Shown here piece by piece: positions 39,201 through 51,917 of a stretch of DNA of 64,000 bases; position 1 is the stretch's first letter, and the number at the start of each line of letters is the position of its first letter. The stretch is from Yuukianura sp. NJ FZ-2021. Taxonomy: Eukaryota. The stretch lies in NCBI GenBank assembly GCA_046563655.1, contig CM102287.1:5332001-5396000 (forward strand), read 5' to 3'. Position numbers and translations under genes: made by a program. The notes beneath the pieces are model-generated. The model saw only the letters and a program-made list of their open reading frames with translations. It had not been told where the DNA came from and ran no database searches.

Positions 39201-39470
39201 GCCAATAATCAACCTAAGCCGCTTCCTAACACTTTTCTAATCTTCTCATCAAAGCATCGTTGATTCTTCAGAAGAGCTTAGCAAATATGCAGATAAATCC
39301 TACCATACGCAATTAACTTGATCGATAGATCCGATTTCTATTGCATCCGGCCAGTTTTGCAGTCCAGTACATCAAAAGTAGTGCAGGGTGACGGAAGCAC
39401 TAGGAAGACGTGTGGAGGTCCATACTTTTCTGAATCTAAGTTTCAAAATTCGTGTGCCTAATTTAAAACA

Positions 39471-42400
39471 ATGGAGATCAGCCGCAAGGAATCGGTGGCA
39501 AGAATGCAAACATTTGCTCTGCTACTCTTCTGCCTAATTGCAACGAAGCCACTACAGGTAAGAAGAAAAGAAGTTGAACTATTTTTAGAAACTGTTTATA
39601 AAAATTCATTGTTAGGAAATCTGAGTAGGTAGGGGATTGTATCACTAAAATTTTCGAGAAATTTTGTTTTCGAAATCGGAAAAGTGCTTTTTCGGAAAGT
39701 GTTATGTTAAGATCGAGCGTTTCTAAATTCTTACATTTGGAAAACAAGGATTAATGACTCAATAGAATTTGATTTTGTTTTCATTAAGTTGGGAGTGAGT
39801 GACCCCTGCCGTTAGGTCAAATGCAACTCCTTAAATGAGATCACGAACGAAAACGGTTTCACAGCAGGTGAAAGTAAAATCAACCAAAATTAAACTCTTT
39901 TAAAAGTCAATACAACACGATCTGAAAATCTGAAAATTAATTAGACCAAGCCACCCACTGAACATTCGTTCTAATACACGACTACAACCAAGCGTCCATT
40001 TTTAATCCAAGTTTTCATGTCACGAAAAATAGTTCATTTCAATTCAAATTTTAAAACAAACCATTTTATGGTTTCCCGAATTAGTAGTGCGAATTGTTAA
40101 AAGTGAATTAGATAAAAAAAATTGTATAAACAATCCGTTTTGCTTCGTATTTCTTTGGATTCAGAAGAAAAGTGAAATTTGAAACCCAAGAAGTGTAAAT
40201 CTCCTTTTAGATGTAGTAATTCATAAGCAGAGTGATTTAGCACGAGTCCAAACGATAATTGAGTCAAAACTCCTTGACTTTTTGACTCCTGAGTCACCCC
40301 ATACTAGAAAGTAATGTCTTTTCATTTTCTAAAACCATCTCCCTTTGTTATTAAAGAGAAGCTTAATAATAATTGTTTAATTTTAAGAATAAGGAGACTC
40401 CCAGTCTTATTAAGAATCAGTGGTCTTTCAAGGGAAATTGTGTCAACAAAAGTGTGAAAAAGTGAGTTTTAAAATTATGCACGAAAGAAACAAAAGTTTT
40501 AAGTTTGACTTTAAAAAAAATTACAAATGCACATTGCCAAAACTGGTAAACTTTTTGCTCATTTCCCTTTGTATGTGTCCACTTCACTCTCTGTTATTGT
40601 CATCATCATACTGCTTTATCTTCGTTTTACATCAAAATTTTGACACTTTTGAAGCGGAACCGTTTTTCTCTCTTCCATATCTGATGGCATTTTGAAGATG
40701 ACCATCACAAACACAAACCAATTGAACTTAATGACTCAAAAACCACATTTCTAAATTGGAACTATTCAACTAGGTTAGCCTAATAACGAGACTAAATGTT
40801 AGGTTATGGTGAAAATGTTTTAAAAAATTTAGTTTTTCTACAGTTAGTTAAAATTTGGTAAAAAAAAGTGAAAATTTGCTTGATGTAAAATAATAGTTGA
40901 GGTGAATCTCTTTTGTAGTCAAATTTTATGCTACGAATTTGTAATTTCTTGATTCAACAATTTACTGAAACGTTTTCCCTTTCAGTATTTCTCTGATTTC
41001 CAAAAAATGATGTTTGAGTAATACTTTTTGTTTGAAAATACAATCAAAAATGCACCATTTCCTCTTGTTCGTAATGCAATTTTCATTGAAATGTATTCAC
41101 CTTAAGACCAAACCCAAAGAAAACCGCAACTAACACCACACGTCACAGCATTGGCTCAGCGATTCCCTTTGTACTTCAAGATGAGTTTCACTTTGGGGTG
41201 CTTTCCAAATATTTTGACACCTAAAGTAATACGGATCACTCAAAAACCGCAAAAGAGGAATTTTAAAAGAAAAACTGCCGTTTCATTTTCAATCTTATTC
41301 AATCGCCTTTTTTTCTAGAAATTTTAGGCTCCATTTAGAAGTCGGCTTAATTTTGACTTGTCGCTTGTCGAAAGATGCATATTACGGTTCATAGGCGTTG
41401 TTTTATGAAATTTTGAAATTTCGAAATTTTGATTACAGATGGAGAGACTTGAAATAAGGGTGAGGTTGAATTGTACAATGAGGTGTTGAGAGGCTGTCAA
41501 AAGAAAATCACAGCAGGAGGTTCATATGATCCTCATTTCAATATAACTTAAGTGAGAAGTGATTTATGTTTAACAAAAACAGCAGGCTTTTCATCCTGTT
41601 CATCAAAAGAGCCGTACTTACTTCATAATTTGAAAATGCGACTTGAATTAAGTTTTCATCAAAATTTTAAATTAGGTGCAGGTATTCAAAGGTGCATTAT
41701 TTTGAAGCCTCCAAGGCGGATCTAGTTTTCAGTAGGAAAAGTGAGGCACACTTCCAAAGGTGTGACTTCTATCAAAAAATCACACTTTTCACTTTGACTC
41801 GGTTTCATTTTATCATCACATCAGCATCTGAGCATACATTTCATGTAGAGTTTGCGCAGTCATAGAGTTTAAAAATGCATTTTACAATTTGCATTTGATC
41901 ATGAGCAGCATTTAAGTCTAAGTAGTGACAGGTTGAAGGATTCGCTTCGCTGACTTCAAAAAATCACATGTGATTCCTAAATAGTTTTGACAATTTAAAC
42001 AAATGACAAGTTTTTTTCAACAGTTTTTGAAATAAGAATTTTTGCAAAAGAGTCGTTTACGTAACAGAATAAGTATTTTAGGCTGCAGAAAGTCATATTC
42101 AAAATTCATGTAAAAACTTGTGTTTTCGTTTTCGAAATTCTGAAATTGGAAATTTTTGAGTTAGTAAGGAAATGCTGTTTTTGTTTAAAAGTGAAGCAAT
42201 CCTTGAGGAAATTAGATCCATTTTAAAATTATGGTCAAAATCCTCTTGAGCACGCACACTTTCATGTTCTCCTTAATTAGCCCTTAAGGAAAACACTTTC
42301 TAAGGTGCACTTCAAAGTTGGCACTTGAAACAAACCAACTTGAGAGATCCTCAGCCCAAACAAATCTTCCTGAATTTACTGAAAACTCAATTTGTAAAAC

Positions 42401-45400
42401 TGTAATTCTGTTGACAAGGCCTGTAATCACGAGATCCTGATTCCGAAATTTTGAAGACGAGCAATAATGCTATGTATATTACAAAAAAAATTGCATAACT
42501 TTTTGCAATGGTAGTTAATTTTTCTGAGAACTTCAATTTGACTGGTGAACTAGATCACGACATTCAACAAAGATGCCACGAGGAAGTGACTTCCTGTGTC
42601 AAAAAATTATTATTTGTCGTTACGCAATAAAACTAATTTGTGATGAAATATTATATAATTTTTAAAGTGAATTTATGTTTTTATTATTGTTTTTGCTGAT
42701 TATGTTGTCGTTTTTTGCAGATCAGTGCAGATGCAATACAGCACAACTTGCCAGATAATTTGGAGATCATTGACCCCAAGTCACTTGGACTTTCCGGAAG
42801 TGATCTTGAAAAATTTCTGGGAAATGTCAAACTTTTACCAATTGAAGGGTACGCTTACCATTTCTTAAAAATTTGTTAAAAACTTACTTCCAATAATAAA
42901 AATTTCACAACCTTGTTTGTTATATTTCGTGTGCTGAGGATGGAAGTAGATGTGGCGAATAAGACGCGGTTTTTGTGTGTAAAATTTTTTAGGTCACTTG
43001 GTGGTTCCGGTTCACCAAAAACGCAAATTTTAACCGTTGGATTTGATGGAAACGAGCAACTGAATTTGCAAGACTTTGAGTCGATTTCTACTGCAGGGCT
43101 TCCTGACCAAGATAAACAAGTAGCAGAATTGGCTTTCAAAAAATTTCAAACTTTTTTTCAAAATCCACAAACAGCTCAAGATTTTGATGCAGCGACAAAT
43201 CAAGCTGGAAATCCCGGTTCAGGTTCGAGATATGGAGGCAACAGCGTCAGTACTTTTGTGACATCGACTCCGCCAAGTGCAAGCTACGACGGGTCATTCG
43301 CCAAGGTCAAACATCGTAAGCGTCTTCGAAACGGAAAAGGCCCGTTGTTCAGCTCAACTTTTCGAAGCGTCCAACCTGTTCCAGAAAAATTTGAAACTAC
43401 TACTCAGCAATATGTCGATGTATCTCAAAATTTGATTTCAAATTTTGAAAATAACGTTCAACATTCACCGCCATCGCGAGAGAAAAGTCCCCAACCCCCA
43501 AATTTCGAAAGACAACATCAGTTCAATCGTCAGCCACAATTTGAAAATCCCCAAACTCAGAATTTCCAAAATCAAAATTTCAAAAATCCGCAACATTTTC
43601 AGAATCCTCAAAGCTTCCAAAGCTTTCAAAATCTGCAAAACACCCAGAATTTTCAAAATCCGCAGTATTCTCCAAATTTTCCGAGCACCTTAAATTCTCC
43701 AATCTTTCAGCATACACAGAATTCTCAAAATTTTCAAAATTCACAAAATTTGCAGAACTTGATCCCCACAGAGAGCAATCCATACCAAGCAATTCACCCG
43801 CAGCAAGTGACTGTGAGAACAAATTCCAATGAAAATTACTACAAGCCGCCAGCGTCATACACTCAGCACCAGTCCGTCGTTTCAGTCACTCCTCTTCATC
43901 AAGGTCACTTGGCATCCTCCCCAACGGGGTCATCAGACGGCCGAAATGCAGGTCAACACCCTCATCACGAAGTATTTGTGCAAAATGAAAACAGTTTACG
44001 GGCAAATCAAGATCATCAGCAGATGCACTTTCCATATGTCGCCAAACAGCCTCAGTTTTCTCTCCATCCACCGGCACTTCCCAGACCATTCCCTTCTGTC
44101 AAGCCACAAAATCCCTTCCAACAAAATAACCAAGCACAGGAGCAAGCTTTGACATTTCAGCAGTATCAACATGTCCCCAGTGTGGATAACATGCAACAAC
44201 AACATAATGTCATCGGAAATGACCATGGACTGGGTCATGTCCATTACCCTGGTGCTTCAGAACAACATTTTAATCAAAATTTCAACTACAATTCAATTCC
44301 ACCGAATTCGAATTCTGAATCAGGCGGTAATCACAGAAAGCAAAAGCAAATGGCTGTCACACCGCCTCCGGTTCCAAAACTTGCACAATCAACTGAGCAC
44401 ATAATTTTGCAACAACGCCCGAACCCAGCCAATCAACAACATCAACAGCACCAAGCATTTCAAAATGGAGGAAACTTTCAGAATCAAAATACGATTTATC
44501 GCGGTCAAAATTTCAATGCAATTCCGTACCAAAACAGTTTCAAAAATACTGAAATTCGTCCTTCCCAAATTGATCCCATTTCGACTCCGGCTTTCTATGC
44601 ACAGGCGCAGTTTGATCAAGATATAAAAATTCCTAAGAAACCGAAGAATCTAGAACAGTTGAGGGTTGCATCTACCAGTTATAATGGATTCGATCAGTCC
44701 TTACATGCTCACCAATCACAGCGATTTCCACAATCTTATGCTCATGCGTCATCCACTCCAAAATCCATTTCAATGAGCGGTGTAATCCAAATTACACCAA
44801 GTACGCCACTAATTCCTTTATCAACTGTCGAGAACGCCATGACGGCTCACAATAACCTAGTAAAAATACACAGCGCCACGGGAGTTTTAGGCAAGGAGCA
44901 AGAAATTGCCAAAAACCAAATTCCTGGCAGCAGTACTTCCGATGTTTCAAGGTCAAAGTTAGAAAAGCCAGGATTCCATGCACCGCATGCGCAGATACAA
45001 AATTCGCATTCAACGCATGTGCCAGCAGGCCCTCAGATACCTCCTCCTCGTCCATCCTCTAAGGTACCGTTTGTTCCACGCGTGCGCCGTCCGTACCCTC
45101 ATCACCCACCACCTCTCCATCAGCTTCACTTTAGACAAGATCCTCTGCCATATCAAGCATCTCCGTCGCAATTCCTTCCAGAACCGTCTCGTTTCGTCAA
45201 TGCTCCACCGCCAGCACAAGAAAATTCTAACTTTGGTCAACAACAAATTGCATACAACCGATTTTCTGGAAATGCTGGAAACGGTTTTAACTTTAGAGAA
45301 TCCAAAGCAGTTGGGCCAATGCCGGTTCTCCAAGATGCTGGAAGTATACAATTGTCTCCAGCTCATAATCCCCGGCGACATCCACCCCCTCCTCCCCACC

Positions 45401-45651
45401 ATGCTCCACGTCCACAGCTCCACCCTTCGCGTCCAAGCCAATTTCGACCAGAGCTTTACCAACAGTTTGGATCACAACATCCACCGCCGCACATGAATGT
45501 GATGTCACAGCGTAACCCTATGTTACATCCGGACCAACTCCGTATGGAAGATCCGAATTTCCATAAAGAGGCCAGTGACTATGCCAATAGCTTAGGAGTC
45601 AATATTCAATCAATCAATTCTGCACCGCTCATTGGATCTTTTGTTGCTTGA
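39471..45651 (+). CDS. Secreted low-complexity Q/N/P/H-rich protein, 957 aa; exons 39471-39557, 42721-42848, 42993-45651
   Basis: Signal-like MQTFALLLFCLIATKPLQ|ISA. Intron phases 0 and 2 are compatible. The last exon has FQN(P/S/L)Q repeats and Pro/His tracts. Confidence 0.8.
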
Positions 45652-45943
45652 GCTTTTCTTTCTATTGAAATCTATCAATTTATAGTAGTGTTTTTGAAGG
45701 CTGCAGTATTTCAGAATCAGTATTATGTACGGGAAACGTAAAATTTAGAATTTGAAATCAAAATTTTTAATTTTGGAAAAGTACCAAATGAAAATGGACC
45801 AATCCTTTGAATGTCCTAATAAATCCTTTTTGGGCTGCTGTTTAAAATACTGTGGTAGAGACTGTAGTTAATACCAAGGTAAATAGAATACTACTAGGTA
45901 GTGCGAATGGAAAATTTGTTTGGTTGCCATGTGGAAAAAAAAA

Positions 45944-46082
45944 TGACGTCACCCGCTGAAAATACCGGAATTCTGCCAATTATTGGTGGTGTCCTATAGA
46001 AACCCGTAAGACACATCTTGTTTACATAAATGCCAGCGGGTTCCAATTTCACGATTACGGTATTTTTCAGCTGGTGACGTCA
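45944..46082. repeat. ~24-bp inverted repeat, probable MITE remnant between convergent genes
   Basis: tgacgtcacccgctgaaaataccg versus cggtatttttcagctggtgacgtca. The direct repeat agttaatac at 45866 and 46132 may be a TSD. Confidence 0.5.
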
Positions 46083-46150
46083 CAAACAAAAAATTGCGTT
46101 GGTTGCTATGGGCGCCATTTGCAGGGGGCTGAGTTAATACAACTTTTTTT

Positions 46151-48518
46151 TTACGTTTTTAGAATTTTAAAAATGGGCTGTTGTTCCAATTCCCTGTTAC
46201 ATTTCCAAATGGGAAACTGTTTCCCACCTCGAATAAACTAAAAAATTAAACAAATTGAGTTGTAAGTTACTAAAAAGTTTCAACTATTATTAGCTAACGA
46301 TTATGGAAGCTGTTCGTTTTTAAACTCACCATATTTACCACTGAAAGAGAGAAGAATCACGTTTAGTTTTTGAAAAAGTAACAAAGATTATTAAGATTGT
46401 GAAATTGAAAAAGTTGTGACCTACCCCATTTTGTTTTTCCCATTATGAGCGGACACGCCCCATGATACACACGCTCATCCAAGTCTTCGTCAACTTGCAA
46501 ATTAAACCAAAAAACACCGCTGCCAGGAATCGGTTTGATAGAGAGGCCGAGTTCTGGAAATGCCGTTAACCCTCCAGCTTCAACCTCCGTCAGCTATTAG
46601 AAAAAAATTGACAACTCTGAAAATTCAAATTTTCAGAAAAAAGAAAGGGACTTACATAAACCAAGAATGTGGCAATCCTGTTTCCTTGAGCAGCCAGCAT
46701 CGGATCTGAATTTGCAGTTGCAGCATTCTAGAAATTCCAGAAACATCACTTCTAACTTAACCAAAAAACCAAATTAAAACGTACAAGTTTGAACAAACCG
46801 CCGAATCATGATGCAGGCCAAAGCTTCCTCCGTAAGTATACGACGTAAATTGCATTTCGACTCCGCCGTGATTCAAGCGATATTTTGTGATAGCTTCGAC
46901 TTTGTTCGATAGACGACGAAGTTCTGGAGTAGCTTCCGTTTGTCTAAAAATTACATCAAAGGAGTTGCGTAGAGGATGGCGACGCCCAAGTGTTGCCCGT
47001 CGTCCTTCTTTGTTTGTGTATTCGGCTATGGAATAGTTAAGCTGCGGTTCGGCTGTACGAATCAGTCTTTGGCGGTCGTTCGCGGCAACAATGTCATAAA
47101 ATTGAAGAAGTAATGGCGATATTGACAATTGCTCAATTTTCAATGGAGCAATTGGCGAGAAAATTCGAGTGTCGTACCAACAGGACAATTCAGGGTTAGT
47201 CTCATTACCATTCTGACAGAACAACAAGAGTTTTAAGTTTACTTTCAAAATTTTAAATTCCATTTTGAAAATTCACCTCAAGTTTTTCCCCGGAACATAA
47301 CTTGTAATATTTCAGCAGGCGCGAGTTGTGGTAAAAGTTTTTGGCGTAGTATGTCCTTTGACGCGGAATTTTCCAAGTTGAAGACGTTTCTCGTTTTTCA
47401 AATCGTTCACTCAATTCTCCCACAAAAAATCTGTAGGTGTTGCTTTCATTATAGTCAAAATCGTCATCGTGCTAAAAACCACAAGTCGAGTTTGAGTACA
47501 ATTTTTTCATTTAAAATTTAAAATTGTTTTTCTTCCTGTCATTGTGGAACTTCTCACTCTTAAAACGGCAGCCTCAAGCAGTCGTGTCATTGCATCCTTG
47601 TTTGCTTGTGTTTCCGACGACCCCTCCAAGGTCATTCTAAGAGCTGCATCGGCCCAATCCACTGCAAGTGCATGATAGCCACTGTCAGACGCAAATTGAG
47701 CAATTCTAGCACAGTGATTGGCATTAAAACTGGCCTCAGTCGGGACATTTTGGAAACGACCAGCAATAACCTTACCAATACCAAAGATGAGTCAAAAATC
47801 CAAAATTTGAAAATTGAGATTCAAAATTTCGCTCAATATGTAAAAGTGAATGGCTAACCTCCCAAACATCCATGTCATATGTGAGCATGTTTTGCAGTAA
47901 CCTTTGCATCGCTTCTTTTAAAACATCTCCATTTCGCAAACTGCTCAAAAGTGGAATCGATTGCAAGTTGTTTAAAATCTCAAGCTGACCTGGCCGTGAG
48001 GATTTTCGTAATCGAGAACTAATTATCTCCAAATCAATTGATAGTCTTAATAGCATTCGAATAACTAGAACTGGATTTGCAACAATTTCAAGTTCAACAT
48101 CTCCTTCGGTGATACGGTTGAGCATCAAGCCGGAACTTGTTTCATAGTCATCACAATATCTAAACATCACAGAATGCGGAAATTTAGCAGCATTTTGAAA
48201 TTTCTTGAATGTTGCAAGAAGCCGTAAATCCGATTATAAGTTCAAAATATTATAAACTTACCGATCAAGTTTAATCATTAAAGAATTATCAATTTCAAAT
48301 GAGTTGCGCATCAATTGATGCAATATTTTGTACACTGATTCATCAGTTGTGATGAGTTGCTGCAAATGGACGGTGGAAAATACCAGTGGAGCACTGGGGC
48401 TGAACGGTGGATCCGAATACGATTGATGAATAACAGCAATTAAAATGAAACACTCGAAATAAAAGTAAAAATTTACAGAAAATTTATCCCGTGCTCTTTC
48501 ACAGTCAGTACGAGCCAT
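46151..48518 (-). CDS. Prolyl 4-hydroxylase alpha subunit-like 2OG-Fe(II) dioxygenase, multi-exon
   Basis: VANPVLVIRMLLRL (P4Ha N-terminal), PLKIEQLSISP, FGLHHDS (HxD), RIATFLVY, VEAGGLTAFP, VFWFNL and HGACPLIMGKTKW (distal His and Lys). Confidence 0.9.
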
Positions 48519-49391
48519 TCTATTTCAAATAAATTATATTTTCTGGAATTTTTTGTTTTATTTCTGAACCTTAATTTAAAAACACTTGGATGAAAATATT
48601 TTCTGGAATTGTACTGGAATTAGTAAATCCTATTAGAGGAATGAAATTCGGCTCTTCAGAAAATCGCTTAAGGCTTATAACTATGAAAAAAATTTAAAGG
48701 GCTATAAGAAACTTTATAACAATGTACCAAAAGCTCTAACAATAAAATCATATTAATAAAAAAGGAAGTGTCTACTAAAATTTGTCTACTAAAGTGTCTA
48801 TTTTATAATTCATTTGTGTTCAAAAATATTTACAGCATTAAAAACCGGTCGTAAACCATAGTGTACAAAAGTAGCGAAAGATATGACGCTATATTCGTGA
48901 ACGGCTGCTCACACCGGCACACAATGAAAGTCATGGACTATAGTTATGAACGCTAAGATCAAAAAAGATTACCTTAGCTGTAATTGCCGTCGACGGACGG
49001 TCGGGCGGCCTTACAGACAGACAAGGTCGAAGCATCAAGTAGCTTTCGCTACTTAAGCCGTTTGTAAATCGAACATAAAACGACAATATTGAGACAATGT
49101 CTTGCAGAGTATTAATTAGATGATAATGTGCCAAATCCATCTGCTTTTTCGGCAAAGCCTTTCAAAGTATTTAATTAGATGGTAAAGGGCCAAATGTATC
49201 TGCTTTCGCTGAAATTTCCTAATAAACTACTAATTTATGGCATTAGTAATTCACTTAGCACTTTGTATCGACATTCTAGCAGAATCTGCATTTAGTTATG
49301 ATACTAAAACCATCTAATAAAATTGGTGATTTTCTGTACAAGCATTTAGAGAGTCTGAGAGTCACGGAACGAGAATTTCATTGCTACAAAC

Positions 49392-50135
49392 ATGCTCAAA
49401 TTTCTTGCGTCAAAATACTTGTTAACGTTAGTTTTAGTTACGGTAATATTCTTTGTATCTAATGTAACCGGAAGATCTTGGGATTTCGAGGACATTCTTG
49501 AGCCTCAATGTGACGACTGTCGCTGCCTAGGCCAAAGTTTACCCTACAACGACACTGGACTGCAGAAGGTCCTTGGGAAAGCAAAATTCCATATGATGAG
49601 TAGCCAATTGGGAGCAGTCATTGACAGTTTGTTCATGCGAGGAGTCCCAATTACGAGCGACGCTGAATTAAAGTCCATTTGCTACCGTAAGAGACACGAC
49701 TTTGGAAAAGCGGGAAGGTTGATGGTAATATGGGAATTGAACAATAACATTGTCGGATTTAATTGGAAAATGGAAAATGAAAATGAACATATTCGTTGTG
49801 GTGAAGCAGTTTATTTTAGAGACAATAAACCGACCCGATACAAAGATTGTGCGCATCGTCACGTCTATTTTCCAAAAATGAACAAGAAGAATACTGAACT
49901 TTACTACAACGCTTTTGGTAATGGAGATCCTACGCGTCACATTGTGTGGACTGACGGAACAGTTTCAATCAGTACGACATGCCACGGAGGGAGGTCTTGC
50001 TATGTAGTTGATTCACCAAAGAAACGCCTCAAGAAAAAAACAAAGACGGCGGTATTTTTGGCCTTGAAGAAATTGGGATTCGACACCACCAAAACAGCCA
50101 TCTACTCTCCTCGGAAGGCTTGCAAAAACGTTTAA
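49392..50135 (+). CDS. Intronless secreted protein, divergent lipocalin-like, copy 1
   Basis: Signal peptide and conserved Cys. The C-terminal HIVWTDG..STTC...YVVDS.KK.L...ALKKLGFD resembles lipocalin SCR2/SCR3 plus the helix (inference). Confidence 0.6.
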   Translation: MLKFLASKYLLTLVLVTVIFFVSNVTGRSWDFEDILEPQCDDCRCLGQSLPYNDTGLQKVLGKAKFHMMSSQLGAVIDSLFMRGVPITSDAELKSICYRKRHDFGKAGRLMVIWELNNNIVGFNWKMENENEHIRCGEAVYFRDNKPTRYKDCAHRHVYFPKMNKKNTELYYNAFGNGDPTRHIVWTDGTVSISTTCHGGRSCYVVDSPKKRLKKKTKTAVFLALKKLGFDTTKTAIYSPRKACKNV

Positions 50136-50242
50136 AACAAATCCTTGTCTGTCAAACATTTCAAACAAGAATTTAATTCAGTAATAATAAAAGCATTTGA
50201 AATCTATAAAAATTTCGTCATTCCTAACAAAAGCCTTTACGG

Positions 50243-50502
50243 TTAACGAAAAGTAAGTAGTAGGTTGACTGCTTTTAAGCACAAGAAAAGATTGACATAG
50301 GTAGGTTTGGAGACGGACATTTCTGCCCACCTACCTACAGAAAGTAAACATTGCACCTAAACATATTGTTATTAAAGGGCACGATTTTCTAAAAGCTCAG
50401 TTATATTTTGTGAGATGCAAATTTTCAGAATTTTGAAACGAATTAAAACGATTCGAGTGAATTCTAATATTTGCAAATAATTGACATAGAACAAGACTCA
50501 TG
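50243..50502 (-). pseudogene. Frameshifted 3' remnant of the 6788/51918 chemoreceptor-like family
   Basis: ttaacgaaaagtaagtagtaggt...gacataggt...ttggagac...ttttgtgaga matches the receptor 3' end and UTR, with indels. Confidence 0.8.
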
Positions 50503-51050
50503 TTTCATGTTACCTAGAATGGAACCGGCTGACCTTGGAGCCAGAAGGAGTCAGCGAACAGTCAACACCTCCTGCACTCCCGCTGTTCAATAGTGAAAAT
50601 TGATCCCGAAAATGTTAGCGGTTTACGAGATAATTACTTTGCCGTCAAAAAGCGTACGGCTATACAGACAGACAATGCCGATGCATAAAGTATTCTTTGC
50701 TACTTAATAATCCGTTCGTAAATTGAACATAAAATGACAAAAGCAAAGCCTTTCAAAGTATCAAGTAGATAATTATAGCTTTATTCTTTAAAAAGTTTTT
50801 TTTTCACAAACTTACATCTGCCAATGGTATGTTTAGGTATTTACAGAGTAAAGTTAAGTTAATTATACATTAATTAGATGGTAATATGCCAAGTGTATCT
50901 GCTTTCGCTGAAGTTTTCTACTACACTTTACTAATTTATTACATTAGTAATTCACGCAGAATCGGCATTTAGTTATCATACATATCATAATAAAACTGGT
51001 GATTTTTTCCATTTAGAGAAACAGCGAACAAGTTTTGCATTGCTCCAAAA

Positions 51051-51791
51051 ATGCTCAAATTACTTGGGTCAAAATACCTGCTAACTTTAGTTACGATAAT
51101 ATTATTGTTTGTATCTAAAGTAAACGGAAGATCTTGGGATATCGAGGATATTCTTGAGCCTCAATGTGACGACTGTCGCTGCCTAGGTCAAAGTTTACCG
51201 TACAACGACACTGGGCTGCAGAAGCTCCTTGGGAAAGCAAAATTTCATATGATGAGTAGCCAATTGGGAGCAGTCATTGACAGTTTGTACATGCGCGGAG
51301 TACCAGTTACGAGCGATGCTGAATTGAGCTCCATTTGTTACCATAAGAAACACGATTTTGGAAAAGCTGGAAGGTTGATGATAACATGGGCATCGGATAA
51401 TAACATTGTTGGATGGAATTGGAAAATGGAAAATGAATTTCAAAATATTCGTTGTGGTGAAGCAGTTTATTTTGGAAACAATAAATCCGCCCGATACAGA
51501 AACTGTGCACATCGTCACGTTTATTTTCCAAAAATGAACAAGAAACATAGTGAACTTTACTACAAACTTTTTGGAAATGGCAATCCTACGCGTCATATAG
51601 TGTGGACTGACGGAACAGTTTCAATCAGTACGACATGCTACGAAGGGAGGTCTTGCTATGTCGTTGATTCACGAAAGAAACGACTCAGAAGAAAAACAAA
51701 GATGGCGGTACTTTTGGTTTTGAAGAATTTGGGATTCGACACCACCAAAACAGCCATCTACTCTCCCTGGAAAGCTTGCAACAACGTTTAA
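51051..51791 (+). CDS. Intronless secreted protein, divergent lipocalin-like, copy 2
   Basis: Closely similar to 49392-50135, including upstream sequence. Confidence 0.6.
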   Translation: MLKLLGSKYLLTLVTIILLFVSKVNGRSWDIEDILEPQCDDCRCLGQSLPYNDTGLQKLLGKAKFHMMSSQLGAVIDSLYMRGVPVTSDAELSSICYHKKHDFGKAGRLMITWASDNNIVGWNWKMENEFQNIRCGEAVYFGNNKSARYRNCAHRHVYFPKMNKKHSELYYKLFGNGNPTRHIVWTDGTVSISTTCYEGRSCYVVDSRKKRLRRKTKMAVLLVLKNLGFDTTKTAIYSPWKACNNV

Positions 51792-51917
51792 CAAATTTTG
51801 ACTGCAGAATATGTTACCGAAATTTCAATATTTCAACCAACAATAGTTCAATTAAGGGGTAATAAAAGCATTTAAAATCCACAAAAAATGATTCCTGCTT
51901 AACAAAAGTTTGTGTGG

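Noticed and set aside
43445..45508. Antisense and alternate-frame ORFs over the Q/P-rich exon and other genes
   Set aside because: These are shadow ORFs expected from biased codon composition of the real CDS.
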